Positions 37,285-49,088 of a stretch of 64,000 nt of DNA are shown here, piece by piece. The first letter of the stretch is position 1; each line of letters starts with the position of its first letter. The notes below the pieces were generated by a model. The model did not search any database. It worked only from the letters and a program-made list of their open reading frames with translations, and was not told the DNA's origin. Origin of the DNA: Phyllosticta citribraziliensis (taxonomy: Eukaryota); NCBI RefSeq assembly GCF_038025025.1, contig NW_027117347.1:992001-1056000 (forward strand), in the 5' to 3' direction. The translations under genes and the position numbers were made by a program.

Positions 37285-38634
37285 ATGCGCTTCTCGGTCT
37301 TTTTCCTTCTCGTTGCCTTGCTGGCATTGATCGATGTCCGGCTGGTTCGGGCTTCCAACAACGTGGGTGAGCCTCGCATCCTAGCGAGAGCAGGCGAAGA
37401 CCCGGCGAAGGTTGACAAAGGTGGCCAAAATAACGAACAACAAGACCGGAAGGGAGGTCAGGGTGATCGAGGCAACCAGGGAGGACAAACCGACCAAAAC
37501 CAACGCGGCCAAGGGAACGGTGGTGCCCAACAGGGTGGACAGGGTGACAAGAACAACGGTGGAAAGCAGAATGGCAATGGCGATAATGGAAACAACAACA
37601 ATGGAGGAGGTAATCAGGGCGGAAATGGCAATCAGGGGGGCAACGCTGGTGGTAATGCTGGAGACCTACAACTCCAACCGGATGTCATACAAAAGGGGAG
37701 CCAGAGTACTGGTCAAGATGGAAATGGCAGCCAGGCTGGACAGGTGCCTTCTGAAACGTTAGTGGTCCGTCCGTCTACATTTCGAGAAAAAGACTGACCA
37801 GCATCAGAAACGACGCCAACTTTATCAACTTTTGCGAAGGAGACACCTTAACGAATGGAGCGCAAAACAAAGCCGGGTCTTGCAATGGCATTGGTAATAC
37901 TCAAAAACACAAACTTTGCTTCTTCGACTGACCAGCTCCAGTGATGGGTAAAATCCCTGCGCAGAGCCAAATGGTCTCGGCCATCATCGTTAACCCCAAG
38001 CCCGGCGAAGACATCGAAGCCAACCAAGCCTTCGATATCAAGGTGCAGACGTCCAACCTGAAAGCGGGCGCTTTCACGAACCCGCAGACCACGTACTATG
38101 CTGCTCCACAGGACCTAGATGGCGGCGGAGATGTCATTGGACACGCTCACGTTGTCATTCAGGACATGGGTGGCACTATGACGCCGTCAAACACACTCGA
38201 TGCGTCCAAGTTTGCCTTCTTCAAAGGCATCGACGATGCCGGAAACGGAGATGGGCTGCTGAGCGCCACGGTGGCCAATGGCCTTCCTCCCGGCATCTAC
38301 AGAGTGTGCACCATGAACAGCGCCAGCAACCACCAGCCCGTCGTCATGCCGGTTGCCCAGCGCGGTTCTCAAGACGACTGCACAAAGTTTACTGTTGGAC
38401 AGGTTGGTTCTGGCTGTTCTATGCAAAGTGTGTCGGAAGCTGACAGGCTGACAGGGGAAAAATGCCAACAATGGCGGCGATGGAAATGGCAAGAGTGGAC
38501 AGGGAAACGGCCAGAAACAAAACGGCCAGGACAAAGCACAGCAAGACGCGCAAGGGCGAATTGGTCGTGGCAAACTCAACAACCGTCTCGTCAGGAGTGC
38601 CAAGTTCATTCATCCAGCCTTTTCTGCAGCATAG
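37285..38634 (+). CDS. Secreted protein: G/N/Q-rich low-complexity arms around a Cys/His-containing beta domain; introns 37758-37807, 37894-37941, 38403-38454
   Basis: Signal peptide MRFSVFFLLVALLALIDV. Spliced core NFINFCEGDTLTNGAQNKAGSCNGIVMGKIP..IGHAHVVIQD..FAFFKGID..GLPPGIYRVCTMNSASNHQPVVMPVAQRGSQDDC. Three 48-52 nt GT-AG introns keep the frame; stop TAG at 38632-38634. Confidence 0.88.
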
Positions 38635-41600
38635 CTACGGTGGCAAGGGGGTTTCAATGGGTTTGGATCAGCTGTAAGTAAGCAGATTTTGTGGCTGTTC
38701 GTTGGAGTGAAGGTTGGCGCTATCAAGGTCTTTGCCACGAGTCTCTTTTTCGTCCATCTCTGTTCCTCTTGCCTGTTTCGACAAGCAGACGACTTGTATG
38801 TACTTCATACCAAATTTGACCGTCATTTGAATCCTCAGTTGCTGATGAGGTTGTTTAAAAGTCCACACAATATTTCTTTCTCCTTTACATGTCCAATAAA
38901 ATACGTTCTCCTCCGCATGTCCACTCCAAATGCCCCAACGCAGCCACTCTATCACTACGCAGTTTCCACCACAGTCTCCTCTTTCCATCCCATCATAACC
39001 GCACACTAAGCACCACACGGACTCATTCCCCAGCGAAATTGATCTGAAGCACGTCCTCAAAGGCGACCACCACGCCCGCCCGTCCTCAGCATCACGAAAC
39101 AAAAATAGCACGAAACAATGTCTCTACTAGTCTACGACGGCTCACTCGTTCGCTTTCCCGTTCGCTCCTCCAAACAACCAATCAAACCGGTCTCCCCATT
39201 TCGTCGTTTTCTCGTTTCCCTCGTTTTCGGCGGCTTACCCTACCCACAGGCCCCGCGCGCTTGCGCGCACGCGCACCGGACGCGCACTCGTCGCCCACAA
39301 CAGACACGAGAGCACCAGCCAAGCGCTGCTGGCATCACGAAGCAAGCGAGCGAACCAGGCGTCCAGGCCGGTCCATTACTCCGTTGTTTTGGCTGGCTCC
39401 ACCTGCCCACGAGCGACATGAGGCGTTGGCAATCCCCCGGCGGCGATGGACGGGGACCTCTCTTCTCCACTTGGTTTGCCCAACCTCCCATCTATGCTGC
39501 CCGCGCCGCCGTGTCGCCTGGTGGTGGTCGTGAGGAGGCAGCTCTGCCTGCACGCATGGCTGAGCAGGGCAGCGCGTGGCTTTGCGAGGCCTCCACGATT
39601 CGGCGCTGAGCCGGGGGGAGCAGGCGGCTCACGGTGCGGCGTTGCGCCCACGATGACCCGGGGGACTGGCGGGTACCTACACGCTGCTAGAAATGGGCAT
39701 TTGCGTGCGCCTCGGTGAGCCGAATGCCGAACAGAAGCAGTCAATTGAGCGAGCGAGGACGAAGACGCCGAGAGCCTTTGTGTGGGACACGAGGGACGCG
39801 TATTTGGCACGGCAAATATTTTTCTTTTTTTTGCTCTTTTTCTTCGCTGTCCTTGGCTCTTGGACAGCAAGAAGGCCAAGGCAGTTCAAGAGCAAACAGA
39901 AGAGAGCCACGGCGAGGCGCCGTTTGAGGCAGGCATGGCAGGGCAAGACAGGGCAGGGCAGAAGCAGCATGGGCGGGAGGGCATGGGAGGATTTGAGGAT
40001 GGAGCTGGCCAAGTCGTGGCATGGCGCGGCATGTCATGGCAATGGAAGACGGCATCCACGCTCGCACGCACCCGCGTCTCCAGCGGCGATATGGGCCGGG
40101 ACAAGTGGCCAAGCAGCTAGAAAGTGCGGGCAATCCAAAACCTCCCTTGCGAATGAATGAGTGGTCACATATTTGCAGGGCAATTGGCAGAGTGGGTCAC
40201 ATTGGCAAAGCATGAGGTCAGTTTGCGCAGAACGAGAAAGACAGACTGAAGATAGCAACTGGACGTGTGAGAGATTTGGAATTTGGGGCAATTGTGGATG
40301 GAGAGACGGACGTGTAGGAGGAGCAAAAAAAAGAGGAAGGATGTGACGATGATGTGCTGGGAGCGACCCAACCGGTGAATCAATCAATCGGATCCCCGCG
40401 GCTAGACTGGTCAATCGTACCGCCATCCGCGCGCGTACCTGCATGGCTGGCAGGGCATGCAAAAAACCTCGTTCGCCACCGTGGAGAACGGGTTGACCAG
40501 CCGGTTGCTGGGCAGATGGTCGAGGTCGAGGCCACCGTTGATGAACTGCTAGTCGCGTGGATCCAATGTCTAGTGGATAGCAGGTGGATTCACATTTGCC
40601 CAGTTGCTCTTTCGGGTTGATATGACGCAAGATCGCATCTCAATGTGTGTGCAGTACAGACGGCGAAGGAAGTCAACGGCCATAGCAGTACGTCAGACTT
40701 TTCCCCCCTCCTTCTCTGTCGTCTCCTTTTTCACCGGTCCTCTGGTTCGTGGAAGCGGCTTCTATTTTGGTGTGCGAGACAGCTCAATGGCGTCATGTGG
40801 GTGTGGTCCAGGTAGATCGCCATATTGGAGAGGTCGAGACCGTCGTGGTGACCAAGGCACACTCGTTCTATGCAAAAAATGCACATGTCAAGCAAAAGGC
40901 ATCGTGGGTACAGGCCATTTTGTGCAAGGGAATACGAGCAAGCATGCGTGGTCCGTTCAGACTGCAGAGGGCACAAGAAAAAAACGAAACTGTTTGAAAC
41001 TGGCCGCAACGACTCGTCAGCGCGTGGCGAAGGGAACATGTCTCGGGTTGGCCGACGATGCGACGCTGCGAGTTTGCGGCAGGGCCGTGGACGGGCGGAT
41101 TTGCGCGTTGGTTCGTGCGATCGACCAAAGGGAAGAAGGATCTGCGCCTCGAAAAAGGTGGGTCGTCCTTGGTGTTCGCCCGGGGAATTCGGAGGTGGAT
41201 ACTAATGCCCAGCGTTGGTGGATACAAACAATGCAAAGACGTTGGTGGCAAGGAGCGTTGCGGTGGTGCGAGAGAAACGCCTCCTCTGTTCATGCTTCCA
41301 AGTGGACAGCTCTCATCGGCATCTATGGCGTCAAAGTGCCGCTGAGACGACTTCGGAGATACCTCGCTTGAAAGAGTGCTCTTCCATGACCTTTCTCATG
41401 CGTGAAGGGCGTATGCTCGGAAAATCTGATGGGCTGCGTTGCTAATGAATAGCCTAGTTTGAGGAGCGATGTTGCTGTGAATGAAAAGAGAGTATCGGAA
41501 GTAAAGAAAGCTCATGATTGCTGCTAAGATGGTCCTTTCGATTGAACCTTTGCTCCATGCTGTATTCCATGGAAGAAAAAGAAACATTCCCCTTATGATA

Positions 41601-41718
41601 CGCCACATACGCCAGAAACCCTTCACTCCACACATTGGTATCATCAGTTTACCCAAGACATTTGCTTTGGCGTTGATTGGGTCTCGAACCGCCTTCAAAA
41701 TTGCTTTCAAGTCCAATA

Positions 41719-44477
41719 TTAAGCGTTCACCCGGACGCCGCGCTGGCTTGTATTCGTACTGGGGTTCCTGACGGCGCCTGGCCTGGCCAACGTGTACTTT
41801 GCAAACGCCCGAGCGAGTGCCTTCTTGCAGCTGACTTTTTGAGAGCCGACAAAAGAGTCGACTGCGACGGCAATGGCCCGGTCAATGTCCTGACCGCTGC
41901 AGTACTCGGACAGACGCATCTTGGCGAATGATTCGCTAATACGCATGATGGCTTCAAGGTGACGCACCTAGAGCGCTCATTAGTTCATGCGCAGATGACT
42001 CGCACACAGAGCAAAACTTACAGTGATGGGGTAGGCACCAGTGGCCAAAGACTCCCGACGCATGTCGGCAAAAAGACGCGCGACCTTGTCCTGGTCGATT
42101 TGGTACAACTTGGGGGAACACCTCTCTCGGGCAAACAGAATGTACTTCCTGAGCAGCTCCTGGGGAATCTCGCCCTCTTGCGGTTGACCTGAAGCTTCAT
42201 TGTCGACTGCCATGGACTCGGGGTCATCGGCGGCATTCAAGGGGTGCGCACGACCGTGGGAGTTGACAACGAAATTGGCGAGTCGCTCATCCTCTGAAGG
42301 GTCAACAGTGTCCCTGACGACGCAGAGAATGTCAAAACGCGACAAGATAGGCTCCGTCAGCTCGACGTTCTGGCTGAAAGGAATTGTACCGTTGTAGCGG
42401 CCACCAATAGGGTTAGCAGCTGCAATAATGGCACAACGGGCCTGCAAAGTGGTGACAATTCCGGCCTTGGAGATGGAAATGGTCTGTTGTTCCATAGCTT
42501 CGTGAATCGAGGTACGGTCTTGGTCGTTCATCTTGTCGAATTCGTCAATCAGGCAAGTACCCCGGTCTGCAAGCACCATGGCACCACCCTCGAGCGTCCA
42601 CTCGCTGGTCATTGGATCACGGCGCACGCTGGCCGTGAGACCGACGGCGCTGGCTCCCTGACCAGTGGCGAATACGGCGCGATGGGCAGTCTTTTCGACG
42701 TACTTGAGAATCTGCGACTTGGCTGTACCAGGATCACCGAGAAGCAGCACGTTGATGTCTCCACGGATGGCGTGTTTGCCCTGGGCGACCTTACTAACGC
42801 CGCCAAATAGGGACAACGCGACGGCCGTTTTGATATCAGTGTGTCCGTAGATGCTGGGGGCAATGGAGTTGATAAGCTTGTCGACGATCTTGGGATCACG
42901 CGAAAGAGCGCGAATTTGGCGCTCATCCTCTTCAGTGAGACGGAAACCAGCCAGCTGGTCGTGAGATTTTGCAACGTGGTTGGCCTCAATAATCGTGGCG
43001 AAGACGGGGAATCCGTTCTTGTTGTTGAGCTGAGGATCGTAATTGTTGCGGTAGATACCAGTGACCTCGACCTCTTCACCAGGCTTGCAAGAGTCAATCA
43101 GATCCCAGAGCAAGATGACCTCGCGGTGACGTGGAAGCCTGCCGGCCGGAACGGTGCCAGGGGATTCCTGGAGGGTGAGCTTTTGGTAGTTGCGGTAGAC
43201 AGTCTGCTCCGCGTTCAAGTTGAAGGGACCCTTAGATTGACAGAATTGGCAAAAGGAGATTTTGACCTCAACGCTGGAATCCTGGGGAAAGGGACCAAGA
43301 GTCATGCCGCACTTGGTACAGTCAAACTTGACATATTTGAGCTGTGGAAACACACCACTTCTGCGAGTGACGACGCCAGTGACGCGAACAAGGCAGTCGA
43401 GGTGACTTTGGCGGAGTTGACGGAGCGTGTATTGGATGGGGAGGTTCACAAAACGGACGTGGATTTCCGAGTGGATACGCTCATAGTCGGGGTAGTGGAG
43501 GAGCGTAACCTCCATGGCAACCTCGTCGAAAATCTTGAGCACCTCGGAAGGAGCATTGGCGAGGAAGTAGGATAAAGTGGCCTTGTCCGACGCAAGGTGG
43601 TCCCATTCGATCTCGAGGGACTCGGCGTTGACCTCACCGAGAGTGCGGATGCGATTCCCGTAAACGGACGCGCCATGTGCGTCGGTATGCTCAGTCAAGA
43701 AGGATCTAAACTCGCGTGCAATAGTCCTGTGGACTGCGGGCTGGGCGATCCAGTCCGTCAGATTGGAAGCTTTGATGTCGGCCAGCGCCTCGAGAGACAG
43801 CTCTTCTTCGTCTAGGTTGCCGTCCATGTCCATATCGTCTTGATCCTCGTCATAGCGGTGCCTACGGCGACGGGGCTGCCTTCTGAGAGCAGCCACGTCA
43901 TCTCCATCATCGTCCAAATACGCCGCTGGCATCTGGCGTTGGCGGGCCAGCTCGCGGTCGCGGCGGTTCAATCGGGCTTCCAGCTGCCTGCGCTCGGCCA
44001 TGTCCATTTCGTCATACTCGTCGTCGTCAATGTCTTGTCCCGCGTAGGTGTCGTTCTCGCGTGGGCCATAGTCCGTTTCGAAGTTGTCGGCAAAGAGGTC
44101 AATGCCGTCCTCCTCTTCGGCCAACTCATCCACATCGTCGATGTCGCCAATCAAGTCTTCGTCCTGCTGCTCAAGAGTGTCTTCCTCAACGTCTTGCGGG
44201 AAGACTGGCGGCGAAGAGGCAGGGGCTATAAGCAGCGTAAGCGATGCATGTCTGGATCGTGCACGACTGTTTACATACGACTTGAAGGCGGCAGCATGGC
44301 CGAGGAAGACGGGACGTCATCATCAGGCTCGCGAGAGCGCTTGCGGCGGTTGGCCCTGGGGGTTCCGCGGTTCGCGGAGGACATGTTTGACCGCAACGGT
44401 GAACTTTGGAGCTGTCAGCAAAGCCAGACAAGATTGGCGCGTGGCCGGCGACTGCGACGTGTTCCAACTGACCTCAT
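41719..44477 (-). CDS. MCM2: DNA replication licensing factor Mcm2; introns 44404-44472, 44226-44278, 41968-42021
   Basis: Acidic N-terminus with histone-binding region, zinc finger (CTKC..CQFC), Walker A GDPGTAKSQ, CLIDEFDKM, arginine finger ILSRFD, ITVRHLEAIMRISE. First exon ATGAG|GTCAGT gives MSSPLRS. Confidence 0.97.
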
Positions 44478-44590
44478 TGAAGACTAAGAGATGTCCGTTG
44501 AGTCAGAAAGTTCAGAATAAAGCAACGGAAAGCTGGATGGTAAAAGCGCTCTGGTAGGTGAAGGGTGTGGGTGGAGAGTGGAGTGGAGAG

Positions 44591-44655
44591 ACGCGGCGCG
44601 GGAAGAATTGGACGGGAGCTTAAGCGCCAACGCGAAAAGTCGCGTCGCGTCGCGC
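44591..44655. promoter_or_regulatory. Cluster of MCB/SCB-like CGCG boxes in the MCM2/UBR7 bidirectional promoter
   Basis: ACGCGG (44591), ACGCGAAA (44630-44637) and TCGCGTCGCGT (44640-44650; two ACGCGA on the minus strand) within a 340-bp head-to-head spacer. Confidence 0.6.
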
Positions 44656-44817
44656 GGTCCCAATTCGTTAAAGTGGCTGCTTTAGTCGTTGCCGCTCCGA
44701 GGTCATCTCGTTGCGCCCGCGCCATTCCCAAGGCGCATCTCTGTTCGCACACCACTTCTCGCACAGGTGCATTTCATTCTCTCAATCGTCGCCGTCCTCT
44801 CGCGATTGCGCTCCATC

Positions 44818-46690
44818 ATGGCTGAATCTGCCGCGCAAAAACTTGGAAGGTCCAACAGCATTTCGCAAGCTTCGGAGAATTCCCAAACAGCACAAGAGTA
44901 CGTCGCATCGCATTCAGCTGTCAGCTCAACTTTGGACAGACAATGACATCCAGCAGCTTCATAAACAGCCAACTCCAGCTCGAGGCTGATGCGCGCGAAG
45001 TGTTGCCTTACGTACGATGCTAATGTTCTTGTTCCGGTTCAATAGTCGCCCGCTGACGCAGCATAGCAATTCGACACCTGTTCGCGCCCACTCGGTCCTC
45101 TGCGCCAAAAGCTCTGGTCATGCTTGACTTGCAATCCTCCTCCTACCGATCCCAACGAAACTTATACCCCTGCCGGAGTATGCTATTCTTGCCACGTCTC
45201 TTGTCATGGGGACCATACGCTGGTTGAGCTGTTCGCCAAGCGCAATTTCGTCTGCGACTGCGGCACGACGCGCATCCAGTCAGACCATCCATGCAGTCTG
45301 CGAATCAACGAAGAGACGGGTTTGAAGGGAGACGTGCGCGGGGCAAGCCCTGAGCCGACCAATCATTATGACCACAACTATCGAAACCGCTTCTGTGGAT
45401 GTGGACAGGACTACGATGCATACGAGGAGAAGGGAACCATGTTCCAATGCTTGGGTCTAGGCACCGTAGAGGATGGTGGTTGTGGAGAGGATTGGTGGCA
45501 TCCGGAATGTATCGTTGGATTGCCGCGTGATTGGTACAAAAAAGACGGCAAAGCCAGTGGCGACAAGGATTCATCAACACCAGGACAAAAAAATCAAGAT
45601 GTTGCAGACGCCAATGATACAAACGCTGCGGAATCTCGGGATCAAGCGCCATCCGAAACCAACGGACAGGGCACCAATCAAGAAAATGGACATAAAGCAG
45701 ATGTTGAGATTGAAGATGAGCCCCCAACTCCTCCTGGATTCCCACACGAAGACGATTTTGAGCATTTCATTTGCTACAAGTGCGTCGAGGCATTCCCGTG
45801 GATCAAGCGTTACGCGGGCACAGACGGCTTCCTTCAACCCGTTTACCACAAGCCAAGCTCGCCCAACACGACTTGCGGGGCCGATGATGCAAAGACAGAT
45901 GTTCCTACGACGGTCGCTCTGACATCCTCAGAGGTTGTCCCAGAACAAGACAGCAAAAAGCGCAAAGCCGACGAGGAGGAGGAGGAGGAGGAGGAGGCCT
46001 CCACCGAGGCCGCAAAGCGCCAACGCCATTCTCAAGAGTCAGAAGTAGAGACAGAAGAGAGCGTGAGCAAACCAGTAGGAGACGCGTCTTGCTACTACAA
46101 TAAGCTTCCGCCAGCGCCGACTGGTCAGCTTTCTCTCTTCGTGTCAGCGACATTCCGCGAACGGCTCTGCCACTGCCGGACCTGCTTCCCGCTGTTGACT
46201 CCACACGCGTATCTACTCGAAGAAGAAGACGTCTACGAGCCGCCGCTGTCGTCGGCATCATCGGCGGCAGGGGACGATGCCAACGCAGCGGCGCGCGGCG
46301 GATCAGTCGGGTCGCGCAGTCTGCTCGACAAGGGCGAGGCGGCGCTCAGCAACGTAGATCGCGTGCGGGCTATCGAGGGAGTCATGGTGTACAACCACCT
46401 CAAGGACAAGGTCAAGGACTTTCTGAAGCCCTTTGCTGAAAGCGGGACTCCCGTTGGCGCCGAGGATATTAAGCGGTATTTTGAGGGGCTGCGAGGCGAC
46501 GCGGAGGGTATCATGGCTGCGAGAGGCGATGCTGCTGCTGAGGGTGGCGGTGGCGGCAGCACGGATGGGAAGGGTGGAGACGGGGGAGGAGAAGGGGGAG
46601 AGGGCGCGGGCGGTGGAAGGAGAGAACAGAGTGGTGAGTTTGACGGACATGGTCGTGGCTCTGATGCTGATTTTGCCTACAGGCTACTGA
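44818..46690 (+). CDS. mlo2: UBR-box plus PHD-like zinc-finger protein (UBR7 / S. pombe Mlo2-like); introns 44898-44956, 45012-45066, 46634-46682
   Basis: QLEADAREVLPYQFDTCSRPLGPLRQKLWSCLTC..GVCYSCHVSCHGDHTLVELFAKRNFVCDCG (zf-UBR); FCGC..MFQC..CGEDWWHPEC..FICYKC (PHD-like); C-terminal DRVRAIEGVMVYNHLKDKVKDFLKPF. Confidence 0.9.
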
Positions 46691-47026
46691 TGAGTACGCC
46701 GCGGCGACATGATGACGTCCTGCGGCGGTTGAGACGAGTGCAGTCGACTTTCCACGTGGGAAAAATGTTGAGAAGGCGTTCAATACCTCTGGTTTGTGCA
46801 AGACTTTTTATTCTTAGGGTTTATTCCATTAGCAAACTGCCATTTAGTGTTCCCTCTATTCATTTTCCACGTCACTTCGTTTGGATCATCTCAAATCAGT
46901 CAGTTGCTGGGGTTCGAAAGGCTCCCAAGGCCACGACAAAGAATTCCACATTCACAATCTTTGCTGCATCACGTCCGTCCGTTGCTCGAGGGTACAGACA
47001 CATGTACCTGCAACGGGTTGGCGCAC

Positions 47027-47980
47027 TCAGCCTGAAAGCAGCCCACCGGGCCAGAAGGTGTACGGTCCAGGACCGGGGTCGATTCCAGGCGCAGGGAGGT
47101 GCGGCGTCCACTTGACAACGACAACGGCATAGTGCTGCAAGCCATAGCCGTCGAGCTCACCACTCCACACCCAGCCTCCCAACTCCTCGTTGCGGGCGGA
47201 GAAGATGGCGTTATCGCCTGCGCGCGGAAAGGTCACGTTGTGCTTGTAGCGAGAGACGATGGGGTTGAGCTGGCTCTTCTTGTGGACGAGCGTCTCGAAC
47301 TCGAAGACGAGCTCCTCGGTGCTCGGGGGCAGGGTGAAGCTGACGTCGTTCAGGTGCAAGTCCTCGTCGTTCTCCCACCACCACCAGTCGGTGTGGCGGA
47401 TGGTGATGGTGATGCGCCGGGGGCGGAAGCATGCGTTTCTGAAGATGCGGCTGAGGTTGTTGCTCTCGAGCCAGTACAGCTGGGGGAAGAATTGCACGTG
47501 CTCCATGTCGCGTATGTTGGCGGCAGTCAGGACGGAGCGCGAGAAGGAGGTGATGCTGTGCGGACGCATTCTGCCATCCGGACCGCGAGCGGTGCTCTCC
47601 CAGATGGGAATGGTGGCGCTACGCATGGGGATGGAGTGCGTCTCGGACCAGGCCAAGCGGCAAGTCTGCAGCAACGCCGTGCACACTCGAAAGGTATGCG
47701 TGTAGCCAGGGCGGTAGTGGAAGCTGCCTTCTTCATAAGGCCGCGAGGGGTCCAGGTGCTGCGAGACGGCCAGCTCGAAGATTTGGTTGCGGATTTCGGC
47801 GGGCAGCTTTCCCCACAAGGGAGACTGCTGCTGGTGGTGAGCGTGTGACATGTCCAGGGATATCAGGGCGCGGCGGGTATTGCGAGGGGTTGTTTGCTGG
47901 CCAGTGGCTGAGGCTGTCCTGGATCTGGTTGTGGGAGCTTCGTAACGGGCGGCGGCAGGGGTTGGTTGTTGGCGAGGCAT
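47027..47980 (-). CDS. Uncharacterised protein with an F-box-like N-terminal motif (start at 47980 or 47851)
   Basis: Intronless ORF with strong GC3 bias. SPLWGKLPAEIRNQIFELAV, LLQTCRLAWSE and ITITIRHTDWWWWE motifs. Confidence 0.8.
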   Translation of the reverse strand: MPRQQPTPAAARYEAPTTRSRTASATGQQTTPRNTRRALISLDMSHAHHQQQSPLWGKLPAEIRNQIFELAVSQHLDPSRPYEEGSFHYRPGYTHTFRVCTALLQTCRLAWSETHSIPMRSATIPIWESTARGPDGRMRPHSITSFSRSVLTAANIRDMEHVQFFPQLYWLESNNLSRIFRNACFRPRRITITIRHTDWWWWENDEDLHLNDVSFTLPPSTEELVFEFETLVHKKSQLNPIVSRYKHNVTFPRAGDNAIFSARNEELGGWVWSGELDGYGLQHYAVVVVKWTPHLPAPGIDPGPGPYTFWPGGLLSG

Positions 47981-49088
47981 GATGGTGGTGAGGGCGAGAT
48001 GGGATGGGATGGGATGGTGATTGTTTGAGAGTGGAAAAGTCCAGTCGTGATTTATACGTGTAGAAACATGGCATTGCGGTGTTTCTCCATCCGATGTTTG
48101 CTCAGTTCGGTTCCTTCCAGGCAGACGTCAGCGCCACAGGAGGGGAGGGCTAGCCCTTTGGGACCTGTTCCTGCAGGCAGCCGCAGGCCCCCCCATCCGC
48201 ATGTTTGCTTTTGCCTTTTTACTTTTACTTCGCTTAACTTGGACGACATGTCTCGACACCAGCTCGACAAGTCACGGTAGCCATGGATTTGCCCGACGAT
48301 GTTCGCCATAGCCCAAGGCGCGGACCAACGTTGCCCTAATCACCCCCAGTCCGGCTTCATCCCAGCTCGCCTTGGTCCAAGACGGCAGAATGAGGGCGCA
48401 ATCTCGAGTCGGCAGCCAGACGGGCGCCAGCAAGGTGTTCGACGACGACCTAGCGCTGGGCCTCGGTAACTGTTCTCGCGAGAAGCACGCGCGCGGAGAG
48501 GAGGTACGGCCGTGGTGGTGGTGGTGGTGGTGGTGCAGAGGGGATAGATGAAGGCGGCTGGCGATTGCGCGAAATTCCTGCCACAGCCCAAGAAGTCGAC
48601 AAAGTAGCCAGACGACGATCCAATCACGACGCAAAGCAGACCCACGGAGTGCTGTGCGGGCCGTCAAACAAAGGCAGGTCACGATAACGAAATAAAGTTA
48701 TCTCTTGCGCTCCTCTTTCATTAGGCTCCGTCTGGGTCCTTCCCTCACGCCCTGTCCGCCTTTGTCTGGCCCCACGATGTCTATATATCTCCCAGTCGGG
48801 CTTGCGACCACCTCCATCACATTTCGCCCTCGTCTGTTCCACTTTCGTTCACGTCCGTTCCACTTTTGTCCGCCCTCGCCGTCTGCTCCGCCAGTCCTCG
48901 CTGCACATAATCCTTTGCGCTTTCGCTGTTCGTCTGGTTCCTCTTTTTTCCCAAACAGGAAACCGCCGCTGCTTTCTCCACACACCTCCCCACACGGCGG
49001 GCGCAAAAACTGCGCTTTGCGCCAGCAGCTCCTCCACACCAGCTCCAACCATCCTCTCGACCGTGCAAACTCCTCCAACCCGCCCACC

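Noticed and set aside
18127..41718. tRNA, 5S, snRNA, telomerase RNA template or CRISPR-like arrays in the large gaps
   Set aside because: By eye I found no T-loop/cloverleaf, snRNA signature, TAACCCTAA template or repeat-spacer periodicity. A covariance-model search is needed to exclude divergent RNAs.
48705..49088. Upstream extension of the IMPase ORF
   Set aside because: Non-ATG start, and it runs through a TATA-like element (about 48782) and a pyrimidine-rich leader.
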